Shown here one piece after another: positions 10,179 to 21,079 of a DNA stretch of 64,000 nucleotides. This stretch comes from an uncultured Deinococcaceae bacterium (GTDB lineage: Bacteria; Deinococcota; Deinococci; Deinococcales; Deinococcaceae). The position numbers and the translations under genes were made by a program. The stretch's first letter is position 1. Each line of letters begins with the position of its first letter. Location: NCBI GenBank assembly GCA_964252075.1, contig CAXULY010000014.1:50683-114682 (forward strand), read 5' to 3'. Below the pieces are notes generated by a model, which was given only the letters and a program-made list of their open reading frames with translations, was not told where the DNA came from and did no database searches.

Positions 10179-11555
10179 TCACATCCAGCGTTGTGCGGCA
10201 ACCTTCACTTCATCCACGAACTCCTGCCCCCGCATGGTCGCCAGCGCCCGATATCCGGCCTTGAGCACCTCCACGGGGTCCAGTTCTCCCATCTTCACGC
10301 CGTGTTGCAGGGCGTCCAGTACCGTCGCGTCGAAGCTCCGCTTGTACGCCAGCGAGAGCCGCTTCACGAAGAGCGGCGCGGCTTGCGCAGGCTTCAGCCC
10401 AGCGAACAGCTCCTGGTACTCGTCCCGCTCTTCCTCCGCACGAGGCGCGGGGGGAAGCGCAGCGGCCTTCCTGACAGGTTTCGCGGTGCGCTCGACGTCC
10501 ACGTACTGGTCCGGATTCTTGATCAGGTGCACGAGGGCCGCCGCAGGCGTCTTCTTCACGACCAGCAGGTTGGCGCTCACCAGGCGTTCGAACTGGTCGA
10601 TGCGCTGCATCAGCAGCGCCTTTCCGTAGGTCTTCGCGAGTTTCTGCGCCACCCCGAGGGTCACGCCGTGGCGCCGCAGGCGGTGCAGGAGGGCCGGATC
10701 GACCGGCTCGAACTCCGGGTGGAATTCGTACCGAACCCGCTGCTGCTTCCCGCGCCCCTCGTACGTCACGGCGCGCAGGTACCCCTTCTTGATCAGTTCG
10801 GCGTGGGGGGACTCCAGGGCCCGGCGGACGTTCGAGAGGCTGGTGCTGGGAATCTTGCAGACTTCCGCCCACGCCGCCAGGTTGTTCTCGTACACGTCCC
10901 GCGTCTGGTCCGGCTGCTCCGGGTCGTACCGCATGGCGTCCAGCACCCGGTACACCACGCGGGTGCGTGGACGTGAGAGGCTCTGCATGAACTCGATGTT
11001 CAGCGGCTTGATGTACCCGCTGCGGAGGCTGGCAACGATGTCATCCGCCAGTCGGAACGTGATGATGGTGCGTTCGTCGAACAGCCCGGACTCCCGCGCA
11101 CTCCACTTCAGGCTCTGGATGTACGTGAATTTTGCGTGCGACCAGCGGCTGTTCGGGTGGTCGCGCCAGCCACCACTCACTGTGAAGGTCGTGCTGGCGA
11201 GCCGCTCAAGGCTCTGCTTGAGCATCTTGTAGTACTTGCCGTTCTGGTGGAAGCCCGCCGCTCGGAGCAACTCGGTCGTGCCGATCTCAATCAGTCCGTC
11301 ATCCGGAAGGCCGATGCTGAAGAAGTGCTCGATGATGGCGGCCGTCACGTCGTTGTCCACGCCGTGCGGGATGCCGTACTTCGGGAGCGCCTCGCAACTC
11401 ACGACGTATTTGCGGTTGCCTTCCACGTACGTGATGTGCCATTCGCGCTGCCCGTCCACCTGATCCTGGGCGGAGATCAGGCTGAGGCGACCGACATTGA
11501 GGTCGTCGAAATGGCTGCGCGTTAGGTTTGTCACGGGGCCTCCTGTTGTTGACAA
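10179..11555 (-). CDS. repA: Plasmid replication initiator protein A
   Basis: DDLNVGRLSLIS, YGIPHGVDNDV, SLERL..TTF, GYIKPLN motifs typical of Deinococcus-type Rep proteins; adjacent iterons; likely start is GTG at 11534 after AGGAGG. Confidence 0.88.
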   Translation of the reverse strand: MSTTGGPVTNLTRSHFDDLNVGRLSLISAQDQVDGQREWHITYVEGNRKYVVSCEALPKYGIPHGVDNDVTAAIIEHFFSIGLPDDGLIEIGTTELLRAAGFHQNGKYYKMLKQSLERLASTTFTVSGGWRDHPNSRWSHAKFTYIQSLKWSARESGLFDERTIITFRLADDIVASLRSGYIKPLNIEFMQSLSRPRTRVVYRVLDAMRYDPEQPDQTRDVYENNLAAWAEVCKIPSTSLSNVRRALESPHAELIKKGYLRAVTYEGRGKQQRVRYEFHPEFEPVDPALLHRLRRHGVTLGVAQKLAKTYGKALLMQRIDQFERLVSANLLVVKKTPAAALVHLIKNPDQYVDVERTAKPVRKAAALPPAPRAEEERDEYQELFAGLKPAQAAPLFVKRLSLAYKRSFDATVLDALQHGVKMGELDPVEVLKAGYRALATMRGQEFVDEVKVAAQRWM

Positions 11556-11655
11556 ATTTTACCCCTGAACAGAAGAACTTCTTGTTTTAAACATATTGAT
11601 GAACACCACCAAGCAGCGGTACTGAGGTGCGTTCAGGAGCGCATCTCAGCCACAT

Positions 11656-12162
11656 AATCGCTCAGGTGTGTCGTTGATTTCGCGCGAGAGTGTCTTCGGT
11701 GTGGCGCAAGAATCGCTCAGGTGTGTCTTGATCGAGCACAGGAATCCCTCAGGTGTGTCTTCCGCGATCCGTCAGGTGTATCTTCCATGCCTTCACGACC
11801 CACCTGAGTGGTTTTGCGGAATCCCTCAGGTGGGTCTCCGGGGGGCGGGGGCCATGTCGCTCAAGTGTGTCTCCGGGATTTTGGCCGTTTCGCTCAGGTG
11901 TGTCTTGCATAACGTGGTTCAATTCCTCAGGTGTGTCTCGGGCTTTGTCTGGCGCTCCGGGATGCTTCCGGGACATGTTCGGACCGCCGCTCATTGCAGC
12001 TCTTGCCGAACAGGGATCGTAATCGCTCAGGAATGTCGTGCGGGGCTGTTCCCACCATCGCTCAGGTGTGTCTCCGCTGATTTTCCGCTCCTGCAAAGGT
12101 TTCCTTTGATCTCACCGCACGCCATCGGCTGTCTAGAAGTCTCGGAATCGCTCAGGTGTGTC
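11656..12162 (+). repeat. Iteron array / replication origin, 17-bp AATCGCTCAGGTGTGTC
   Basis: Direct copies at 11656, 11711, 11743, 11766, 11820, 11855, 11888, 11921, 12021, 12056 and 12146; inverted copy at 11797-11813; AT-rich tract 11553-11603 next to the repA start. Confidence 0.9.
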
Positions 12163-12809
12163 GCCGGTCCACAACAAGACGAACTGTGTTCGGGGTGTGC
12201 TGCTGGGCAGCGGCAAGGTCTTACGGCATTGCGCTCAACCCGGAAAGCGGCCATGGTGCCAGTGCTGAAACCAGGTGCGCCTATTGCCACGCGTCTTCCG
12301 CTTACCTGACTCCCGTGAAGGCTGGCTCGCTGCAAACCGTCGTATTAGCACTTACACGTTGTTTCGGGTGCCAAGGGCAATGCGGCACCCCATTTCGCGT
12401 CCCTGTACGCTTCCAGCTGGGCCAGCGGGCTGCCAACGCCATACATACTGGATGTGCTTTCAGCTGCGCCCCCACCGTCCACATCTCAGGGTGGTGCGCG
12501 GCCCAGGGCACACGCAGATGCCCTGGCTATCGACACTTCCATGGTTGCCATGTTGCACACACAGACCCGGTTGCCTGGATGGGCATCACGGCACGAGGAT
12601 CTGAGCCGACCGCCGAGCCTGGGACAGCAGGTTCTTGACCAGACCAGCACAGAAGAGCTGCGGCGTAGCCATACACAAGAACCAAGAATCAGCTCAATTC
12701 CGACACCTCCTGCTGCATGTCACTGTCCCAACTCGGCGTACTGGATAGACGGCGTGGACCCATACGGCAGGACAGGGGAGGTGTGCCCTCACCAGCTGCG
12801 GAGCGTCCA

Positions 12810-13148
12810 TCACCGGTGCTGGCCTGGGGACCTTCGGAACAGCGCCACCAGCAGCAACACCCAGGCGCCCGTCTGCACCAGCGTGTTCGCCAGCGCCACC
12901 CACCCCAGCACCAGCCCCAGTTGCGCGGGCGTCACGCCGTTTCGCTGCAGGCTGATGGGCAGCACCAGGCTGACGGTCTGTCCGGCGATTCCAGCGGCGA
13001 GCAGCAGCACCAGGGCGACCAGGGTCAGCCGGAACCGCGTGGGGTCCTCACGCAAGCGGAGAGCGGCGAGCACGATGCCGACGATCCAGGTGATGAACAG
13101 TGGGGAGGTGACCGTGAATTGAAGCAGCAGCGGTCCGATGAATTCCAT
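12810..13148 (-). CDS. Small hypothetical membrane protein (3 TM)
   Basis: 112 aa, three hydrophobic helices, normal codon usage. Confidence 0.7.
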   Translation of the reverse strand: MEFIGPLLLQFTVTSPLFITWIVGIVLAALRLREDPTRFRLTLVALVLLLAAGIAGQTVSLVLPISLQRNGVTPAQLGLVLGWVALANTLVQTGAWVLLLVALFRRSPGQHR

Positions 13149-13391
13149 GCCTGGATTCTCGCACCCGGCCCCGCCCGTTCTTCGCCCGTGACGCCCGCGC
13201 CCTTTGAGCCTGGTGAACAGGCGGGCCGACAGGTGACGCTGTCTTGTTGTTGCTGTCCCCGCGCGAGCACTTCATGACGAAAGAGCCAAGTTATCGCCTG
13301 CCTGAATTTATGGCCGCGGTGGGCGCCGTTCCACCACGGACGGCATCGTGGGCTCATCACTGGTCATTCCCCAGTGGGTGCAAGGAGTCAC

Positions 13392-14150
13392 ATGACGTCC
13401 AGTTTAAACACCGGCTTGTTCACCGTTGCCCTGATCGCTTCAGGCGTCGCCTTCGCTCAGCAGAGCACCACGGCCACCTCCACGGCCAACCAGGAACTCT
13501 CGTGCCTGCAGCGCGGCGTCGCGCCCAGAACCGCCGCGGACGCCACGCAAGGCGCGTCTACCACGGGCGGCTCCGCGTCCATCACCAGTGCCACCTCTGG
13601 CACGAGCAGTTCGGCTGCGGCCACCCGAGGGAACAGCGCCACGGGCAGCGGGGCGACAGGTACCGTGGCGGCGCAGCTGAGCACGCCGGAAGTCTGCTTC
13701 CTGGATCAGGCGGCGCGCAGTGGGCTGTTCGAGGTGAAGAGCTCGCAACTCGCCTTGCAGCGCTCCACGAACCCCACGGTGAAGGCGTTCGCGCAGAAAA
13801 TCATCGCGGACCACACGGCGGCCAACAATCGACTGAAGGCCCTCGCGGCGAAATACGGGGCGCGTCCCCCGGCTCAGGTGAACACCAACCAGCAGGCGTT
13901 GCTGAACACCCTGGAAACCATGCGCGGCAGCGCCTTCGACCTGACGTACCTGGCGCAGCAGGTGTCCGCGCACTTCGAGGCGGTGGACCTGTTCTCGTCG
14001 TACAGCACGGCGGCAGCCGCGCCGAATCAGGACGTGCGGCAGTTCGCCTCACAGACCCTGCCGGTCCTGCAGGGCCATGTCTCGCTCGCGCAGCGAACGC
14101 AGCGGCAGGTGGCGCAAGGCACGTCCGGGACCAGCAGCTCAGGAAAATAA
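13392..14150 (+). CDS. Secreted DUF4142 (ferritin-like) protein with Ser/Thr-rich N-terminus
   Basis: AAGGAG RBS, signal peptide ending AFA; FEVKSSQLAL..VKAFAQKIIADH..FDLTYLAQQVSAH..TLPVLQGH. Confidence 0.85.
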   Translation: MTSSLNTGLFTVALIASGVAFAQQSTTATSTANQELSCLQRGVAPRTAADATQGASTTGGSASITSATSGTSSSAAATRGNSATGSGATGTVAAQLSTPEVCFLDQAARSGLFEVKSSQLALQRSTNPTVKAFAQKIIADHTAANNRLKALAAKYGARPPAQVNTNQQALLNTLETMRGSAFDLTYLAQQVSAHFEAVDLFSSYSTAAAAPNQDVRQFASQTLPVLQGHVSLAQRTQRQVAQGTSGTSSSGK

Positions 14151-14771
14151 CGAACGAGGCGCTGCAGGTGGGCCATGAGGTGGCCCGCCTGCAGCCCTGC
14201 AAGTGGAAGAGCCCTGTTCAGCGGGTGGCCGGGCTGCAAGGTACTTCGGGTCAAGCAGCGGACTCGGCGGTCCAGGTCCTTCGACAGTCTGCTCGACCTG
14301 CATCAACATAAGACAGCGTTCCGGACCCACAACACGAACCACTTCAGGCACGGGTGTCCTGGCTGGACCACCCAGCGGGGGCCTGCAGGAGCAGTTCGGC
14401 GCGTGGTAACACCGGGACCAACAACGCACGCACACCCTGATGGAACCCAGCGCAGGGCAGTGCTGCCCTTTCAATGCTGGCGACCCGTGACGCTCATGCA
14501 GTCGCACCCGACTGGTTGGGCAAAAGTTGTGCTCGTGTTCACCTGCACCCTGACTACGGCAGGAGGTAACGGCTGCGTTTTGCCTCCCCTGCCCGCGTTC
14601 CCTGTATAGGCCTAGTGGCGCGACCGGTCCGCGCGCGCACCCGTTCAGCCGTGGACCAGCACGGTGCTGGCGTTTCCTTACAGCGGCGTTCCTCCTGCGC
14701 CCTGGGCAGATTCATGTGCATTCACGGGCTGATCCTGCCGTGGGTTCCCTGGTCGGGCCGTACACTGGTCC

Positions 14772-15260
14772 ATGACCCAGTCCGTTCAACCCGGGGATGT
14801 GGTGGTGCTCCAGCACGCGGACCACGCCATCCTGACCGCCATGCATGCCATTGATGTCGTGCGCAGCGACGTTCACCATGAGGTGACGACCGACGCCCTG
14901 CACCTCACCTGGCAGGGCGAGGGCAGCGCCCTGCTGGTCGAGCTGGCGTACAGCGTGAGTGACCGGCCCAGCGTCACCTACTTCCGCACCTTCTCCCTTG
15001 AGCTGCAGCCGGGTGAGCCGGTGGAGGTGTTCACGGCGGAGCACCTCGCGTCCATGACCAGCCTCGCGCTCGACCCGGACACGAACGAACCGTACCGGGC
15101 GGTGCCCTTCGATGGGCAGCGGACGGTGCACCTGCGGGTGGTGGTGGAGGCCAGCGCGCCCGCGGAGACGACGGTGTTCAAGCTGGTGGCGAGGGTGTCC
15201 GCCGCGAGCCCACGCTTCCGGGTCGAGCCCAGCTGGTCCAGCACCCGGCCCACGCACTGA
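14772..15260 (+). CDS. Hypothetical protein
   Basis: 162 aa, high GC3, TACACT 5 nt upstream of ATG. Confidence 0.6.
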   Translation: MTQSVQPGDVVVLQHADHAILTAMHAIDVVRSDVHHEVTTDALHLTWQGEGSALLVELAYSVSDRPSVTYFRTFSLELQPGEPVEVFTAEHLASMTSLALDPDTNEPYRAVPFDGQRTVHLRVVVEASAPAETTVFKLVARVSAASPRFRVEPSWSSTRPTH

Positions 15261-15652
15261 AGGCAAGCCGAAGCGCAACGTGTGCGCTGTTCCCACTTCA
15301 GCTCACACATCTGAACAAGGACGGGGATCCGGTGGGAGACACCGAGTCACGCGTGTTTCCTCCACCGTGGCAACGTCAGGTGCCTGAGCAGCGCACGCAT
15401 AAGGTTTTCAGAGCACCTCGTGGGTTGCTGGGGCCGAGTGCTGCAGGGATCGGATCAGGTACCGCACTTCCTGTGGTCCTGCCTGGTGCAGATGTACCCA
15501 TTCTCTACAGACTGAGGGTCGCGGTGGGGCCAGCCGTGGGTCTAATTCGCCGGAGCCAGCAACTGGCCCGTTGGCGTCCAGGTTATGGCCTGTCGGGGGC
15601 GCAGGTGGTGCTCACGGGCGCTGCATATCATGGGGCGCACCGGAGGTGATTG

Positions 15653-17185
15653 ATGACATTCCGCTGGACCAAGCCCACCATGATCGGCCTGCTGGCGACC
15701 GGCACCGCCCTGGCTGCCGCCCCCGACCCGGCGGCCGTGCAGACCCTGAGCGCCGGCTACGCCACGTACCTCTTCGCCCAGGCCTTCCGGGATTACTGCG
15801 TGCAGCGGGCGCCGTCCACCGCCGCCGCTGACCAGCGGGCGTTCAGCGCGTGGGCGCGGGCGCAGGGCGTGACGAACATCGAGGCGCGCCTGAACACGCT
15901 GCTGGGTGCAGCGGACGCAGCCACGCTGAAACGCATCGGGAAAAGCAACCAGCCTGCCTTCCAGGCCGCGCTGCAGAAACTGGGCGCGCCCGCCCAGGTG
16001 TGCGGGGTGTTCGTTCAGCAGCTGAACAGCGACACCTTCGATCTGAACGCCAAACTGCCCACCCTGAAGGCGGTCCTGAACGGCCCGCCTGTTCAGACCA
16101 ACCTGGGCGCGAAGGGGCAGGCCAACGCGGGCACGGGTGGCGCGCAGGGCACTGTGTACAGCGTGGCGCAACTCTCCACGCTGGCCGGCACGGTCATCAA
16201 TGCGCTTCCCAAAGGCACGCCCGGTGGCCAGCGGACCGCCGCCGTGACCGCCAAACTCAAGGCGCTCGGCACCACCCTGGCCGTCACCGGCACGGTGCCG
16301 CAGGACGAGGACTGGCTCAGCCAGGAAGACCAGCGGCACACCGCCCGCTGGAACGTGCGCTGCTACGACTTCGTGGATGAGGGGGCCTCGCTGGGCCGCT
16401 ACCACGGTGAGTCCGTGACGGTGGTCGGGACCCTGCACGACTTCGACCCCTCGACGTTCATTGAGCTGAACGACTGCCGCATCCTCCCCAGCGTGGCCGG
16501 CCTGAAGAAGTCGTCGCTGCCTGTTGGTGACGCCGGCTGGCGGTACAAGGCGCAGCCCGCCGAGAAATTCCTGGTGGCGGCCGGCAAGGGCCTCAAGGAC
16601 AGCCAGGTCCTCGCGGTGTACGCGCAGCAGACCACGGGCGTCGGGGTGGGCGGCATGATGATCATGGAGTTCACGCCGTACCTGTTCCTCAAGGACGGCA
16701 GCGTGTACAGTGACCCGTACCTCGCGCCGGACAGCTTCAACGCCGCACTGTCACGCGACCTGGAGCCGCAGAAGTGGGGGCACTGGACGCGCCAGGGCAA
16801 GGCGTTCCAGATCAAGTGGGGGGACGGCGAAAGCGAGGCCTTCACCCCGCAGCTCACCGTCACGCCCGCCAAGGTCGGGCAGCGCCTCAGCGGCGCGTTC
16901 AACCACCTGGGGGGCGGCGGCAACACGGCGCTGGGCGGCGACGTGATGGTCGCGTCGTCCTCCACGTACACCTTCACGCCCGATGGGCGGTTCAAGGGCG
17001 GCAGCTCGGCCAGCGCTACCACCTCGAATGTCACGGCGGGCAGCAGCCGCAGCACCGCCGGGCGCTACAGCCTGCAGGGGTACAACCTCACGCTGCACTA
17101 CGACGATGGGGGAGAGAAGCGGCTGTTCTTCTACGTGGTGGACAAGAACATGCTGCACATCGGCGGCGCGGACTTCCTGCACTGA
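15653..17185 (+). CDS. Secreted multi-domain hypothetical protein
   Basis: GGAGG RBS, signal peptide ending ALA, strong coding bias, beta-rich C-terminal region. Confidence 0.8.
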   Translation: MTFRWTKPTMIGLLATGTALAAAPDPAAVQTLSAGYATYLFAQAFRDYCVQRAPSTAAADQRAFSAWARAQGVTNIEARLNTLLGAADAATLKRIGKSNQPAFQAALQKLGAPAQVCGVFVQQLNSDTFDLNAKLPTLKAVLNGPPVQTNLGAKGQANAGTGGAQGTVYSVAQLSTLAGTVINALPKGTPGGQRTAAVTAKLKALGTTLAVTGTVPQDEDWLSQEDQRHTARWNVRCYDFVDEGASLGRYHGESVTVVGTLHDFDPSTFIELNDCRILPSVAGLKKSSLPVGDAGWRYKAQPAEKFLVAAGKGLKDSQVLAVYAQQTTGVGVGGMMIMEFTPYLFLKDGSVYSDPYLAPDSFNAALSRDLEPQKWGHWTRQGKAFQIKWGDGESEAFTPQLTVTPAKVGQRLSGAFNHLGGGGNTALGGDVMVASSSTYTFTPDGRFKGGSSASATTSNVTAGSSRSTAGRYSLQGYNLTLHYDDGGEKRLFFYVVDKNMLHIGGADFLH

Positions 17186-17339
17186 CGGCTTCCCGGAGCG
17201 TGTGTGCCGCCTGCCATGGGTGGGCCACATGGGGTCGTCCGCCCACCTGCCCTGTGGCTGATTGGTCACAAAGCGCACCGCCAGGGGCTTGGACGTCTGA
17301 GAGCGCCGAACAATAAAGAGCCGCGCATACCCTGCCCAG

Positions 17340-18150
17340 ATGCTCGCTCTCACTGTCTCCGACGACCTTTGGGCGGCTGTTGAACCCATCTTGCCAGCAC
17401 ACCCCACGTCCCGCCGCGGCCGACCACGCATCCCTGATCTTGCCATGCCCGCCGGGATTCTCTTTGTGCTTAAGACCGGGATCGCCTGGCACCACCTGCC
17501 CCTCGCCCTGGGATGCAGCAGCGGGATGACCTGCTGGCGCTGCCTGCGTGACTGATCACAGCAAGGGGTGGGGGCGGCTCTGCACCCACGCCTCCTCGAC
17601 CGCCTCTACACGCAAGGCCAGCCTGACCGCACACGAGCCAGCCTTGACTCCGAGACCGTCGCCTCATCATGTGGTGGGCGCGACACCAGCGCGGATCGCA
17701 CCAACCTAGGCAAGCTCGGCTGCAAACGGCACCTCATCGTCGACGGTCGTGGTGTTCCCCTTGGTGTGGTCGTCTCTGCCGTGAACGTGCATGACAGTCG
17801 CATGTTCGAACGAGCTCTGGACGCTGTCAGCGGCGCCTGAGATGGTCGCCGTGGTCGACCACGGCGACGACCGCTCAAGCTCCATGCCGAGCAGGGGTAC
17901 GACTTCAGGGACTGTCGCTGTTTTCTTCGCTTCGTGGCCTTAAGCCGCGCCTCGCCCGGCGGGGGTGGCGTCAAGCAGCACGCTGGGACAGTACCGCTGG
18001 AAGGTGGAGCGCCCTCTCGTGGACGCTGGCGCATCGGGAGCTTGCGGCGCGCCGGGTACGAAGGCCGGAGTTGTTCGAAGCATTGTGCTGGTTGGGTGCG
18101 CCCTGATCTGTGTGCGTTGACTCGCCGGAAGGTGATGAGACAAGGTTCTA
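17340..18150 (+). mobile_element. Degenerate IS5-family insertion sequence (transposase pseudogene)
   Basis: SDDLWAAVEPILP..GRPR..GILFVLKTGIAW; GCKRHLIVDGRGVPL..NVHD; RWKVER; multiple stops and frameshifts; element ends approximate. Confidence 0.85.
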
Positions 18151-18355
18151 CGCTCGTTCGCGCCTGTCCCTCAGAGGCTTCCGGCAGGCTGGTGGGGACG
18201 GCGCGCGGTCGCTGAAGGCCGTCAGCGCCATGGTCGTACATCAGGACGCCCCTGATCATCAAACAGGTGGTGCGAGTCTCTGTTGGGCGAGGCGCTCTGC
18301 ACAACCGTTGGGGGAACTGAACCCAACGTGACCCCCTTTGAGTTGACTGGCGCGT

Positions 18356-20677
18356 TCAGTTCGCGCCGCTCGGCCTGATGTAGTGGCACATTCCAGTCCA
18401 CACGGCCAGCGGACCTTTACTGCGGGACGGGTCGGGGGCGTTGACCTTGACCGTCACCGTGCATGCGTCCACCGCTGCATTCCCGGAGATGGGCACTCCG
18501 TTGACCGTCTGGTTCATCAGCTGGACAGCCGACTGGGTGGAGGCCGTTGCGGAGACCAGCACGATTCCCGGCGCGCCGGGTGGGTTCACCACCAGTTGCC
18601 AGTCGTAGGTCAGGGCCTCACCCCGTGGGTTGTCCACGGCCACCCGTGCGGAGAAGCGCCTGGGTGGGTCCCCCGCGATCGCCACGGTGCAGCCGTCCTG
18701 CGACAGGTCAATGGTGGCCCCCATGCCCACGTTCACGTCCACGCAATACTGAAATGCGCCCGACCCGGCGCGGTCCCTCGCATACACGCCACCACCCACG
18801 ACCCGCGGATAGGGATCAGCGGGCGGCGGCTGCACCGTCACCGTCACGGCCTTGGATGTCGCCGCGCCGTCGCTGTCGGTGGTGGTTACCCGGACCTGCC
18901 GGGCACCGGTCACACCGAAGGTCACCGTCTGCAGGCAACCGGTGTTTGCGCTCAGCGTGTCAGGGGCGTCCACAGTCCACACCGACCGGACGCACAGCGC
19001 GGCGACGTCCACTTCGTTGGGGTCCTCGATCAGCGCCGCGACGCTGAACGGCTCGCCCTGAAAGGCCTCACCTGCGGCCTGCAGGGCCACGGTGGGGGCT
19101 GCGTTCGCGATGTAGAGGAAGAACGACCGACTGGCGGTCGTGCCCTGATGGTCCCGCACAGTGATGGTGATGCGGCGCTGCCCCTCGCGGCTGAAGGCGT
19201 AACTCCCCTTGGTGGGCAGCGGGCCGTCCACGTCGGACACCACCGTGACGCCCACCCCGCAGCCGTCCTCAAGGTCCGTGGCGATGAAGTACGAGACGAC
19301 CGGGAACCCACCGAAGGCAACGCAGCCGTTGCCCATGAAGGCGGGCACCCGCAGGCCCAGAAACGCGGTCTTTGGTCCGCCGATCACCGCGATGGAGCCC
19401 GGCTTGGCGAGGTCCGTCAGCGTCAGGTCTGGCGGGGTGTTTCCGGCGCGGGCGAACTCCTGGGTCTGGTCAAATAGATTGACCTGGTAGTCCGCGAGCG
19501 TCCCGAGGATGGGCAGCTCCACCTTGAAGTTCATGTGGCCCTTCAGCACGCCGTTCACAATCCAGGTCGGGTCGCGCGGCACCTGCCCGTCCAGTTCGAG
19601 GCCGCCCAGCAGGGACATTTCCGGACCCGCCACGTCGTAGAGCTTGAATCCGAAGGTGGATTTTACGCCGCCCGTGGGCTTCACGCTGCCGAAGACGGTG
19701 GGGGTGGGCACGTCGCCGCTGAACTCGAAGTCGGAGATGTTCTTCCAGCCGTCATCGGGGGTCCAGCGCGCGCCGAGCTGCGCGACGCTGCCCTCCTGCG
19801 CCTGGAAGTCGAACTTGCCCTCGACGCGCCCGCCCGCCGACAGGTACAGGTCGAGCCGCGGGACCACCACCACCGGGACGGGACCGATGAAGAAGGTCAG
19901 CGGCTCGTAGTACTGCGTGGCGAACTTGACTTCGTCCCCCAGGTCCCCGGTGATGTCGCCGCTGATGTGCAGGCGGGCCTGCTGGGCGAAACCCACGCTC
20001 GCTTCGATCGGCCCCACGGACGGCAGGCGCGGCGGAATGAGGCTGGGCCCGCTCACCCCGACGGACACGCCCAACCCCACGTTGTAACTGACCGAGCCAT
20101 CCACGGTCACCTGCCCGCTCACGTTGGGGGCCACCTGCGGCACGAAGACGTGGTTGAAGGTCACGCTGAACGCGTAGTGCTCGCCCACCCCCACCTGATC
20201 CTGCGCGCGCACCCGGGCGCCTCCCGGGGTGATGGTCACGCCCTGCAGCAGAAGGTCGGTGCGCTGCACCTGGGCGGGCGTGAGGTCCACGTGGGCCTCC
20301 AGCACGCCCTGGGAGACGGCGTCCGTCAGTTGCGCCTGGGTGGTCTCCACGACCGTCTGGGCGCCCTCCACGCGGACCGTGGTGACTTTCCGCAGGTAAC
20401 CGTCCGGCGCGGCGCTGGATGGGCTGGACACCAGCACGTCGCCGGGGTTCAGCGCGGCGAGGGTGGGCGTCCGCGTTGAGAAGCGCAGCGTGCCCGTGGC
20501 GCGGTCGTACGCCGTGAGCGCCGACCGGGTGTCAGGATCACTGATTTTGGTGGTGGGTGGGATGATCGGGTCGGTCGGGCCCGCCGGCGGGCGTGGATTG
20601 GGGGTGGGCGCAGAGGGGCTCGGGGTGCCGCAGGCCGACAGCACACACATCAGCACGATCAACAGCACTCGGTTCAT
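18356..20677 (-). CDS. Large lipoprotein with beta-rich and PKD/Ig-like regions
   Basis: AGGAG RBS, lipobox LSAC, Pro-rich linker, PKD-like G..RITITVRD and VRVTTTDSDG segments. Confidence 0.85.
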   Translation of the reverse strand: MNRVLLIVLMCVLSACGTPSPSAPTPNPRPPAGPTDPIIPPTTKISDPDTRSALTAYDRATGTLRFSTRTPTLAALNPGDVLVSSPSSAAPDGYLRKVTTVRVEGAQTVVETTQAQLTDAVSQGVLEAHVDLTPAQVQRTDLLLQGVTITPGGARVRAQDQVGVGEHYAFSVTFNHVFVPQVAPNVSGQVTVDGSVSYNVGLGVSVGVSGPSLIPPRLPSVGPIEASVGFAQQARLHISGDITGDLGDEVKFATQYYEPLTFFIGPVPVVVVPRLDLYLSAGGRVEGKFDFQAQEGSVAQLGARWTPDDGWKNISDFEFSGDVPTPTVFGSVKPTGGVKSTFGFKLYDVAGPEMSLLGGLELDGQVPRDPTWIVNGVLKGHMNFKVELPILGTLADYQVNLFDQTQEFARAGNTPPDLTLTDLAKPGSIAVIGGPKTAFLGLRVPAFMGNGCVAFGGFPVVSYFIATDLEDGCGVGVTVVSDVDGPLPTKGSYAFSREGQRRITITVRDHQGTTASRSFFLYIANAAPTVALQAAGEAFQGEPFSVAALIEDPNEVDVAALCVRSVWTVDAPDTLSANTGCLQTVTFGVTGARQVRVTTTDSDGAATSKAVTVTVQPPPADPYPRVVGGGVYARDRAGSGAFQYCVDVNVGMGATIDLSQDGCTVAIAGDPPRRFSARVAVDNPRGEALTYDWQLVVNPPGAPGIVLVSATASTQSAVQLMNQTVNGVPISGNAAVDACTVTVKVNAPDPSRSKGPLAVWTGMCHYIRPSGAN

Positions 20678-21079
20678 GACCAGTTCTCCTCGCTGGGAGT
20701 TCCTGGCGGCGCAGCCAGTGTGGTGGTCCAGCGGGACAGCGCGCGAATGCCCGATTGAATCAGCTCTGCCTCGACCAGGGTGGACCCTAAGCCTTGCCGA
20801 CGCCACGTCGCTTCCGGTGTTCTGGCGGGGTGGGGCGCGGTCGCTCCCGGCCCGTGAGGGTGCGCCCACCTGTGCGGCCGATGTTCAGCAAGTGAGGTGT
20901 AGGGGCACCGTACCACCTGAACCACTCAGGCGCGTGAGGGGCTCACGCGCCGCGAGAGGCATTGCGCCGCACATCCCTTCCCAGGACCCCCACGCCGCTG
21001 CACCGCGCCTGGCCCACCAGCCAAGCGCCAGCCCTCCCCGCACCTCCATCCGTCCGGCTTGCGGAGCGATGCCGGTGCG

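Noticed and set aside
11656..12162. Iteron array as a CRISPR array
   Set aside because: Repeat is only 17 bp, spacing is irregular, one copy is inverted, there are no cas genes, and it sits next to repA
11668..12309. 213-aa ORF with repeated SLRCVS
   Set aside because: Simply the translation of the iterons
20906..20912. CACCGTA as a fifth copy of the shared promoter motif
   Set aside because: Only the -10-like part matches; the ACCA and GTGTCAT elements are absent at the required spacing
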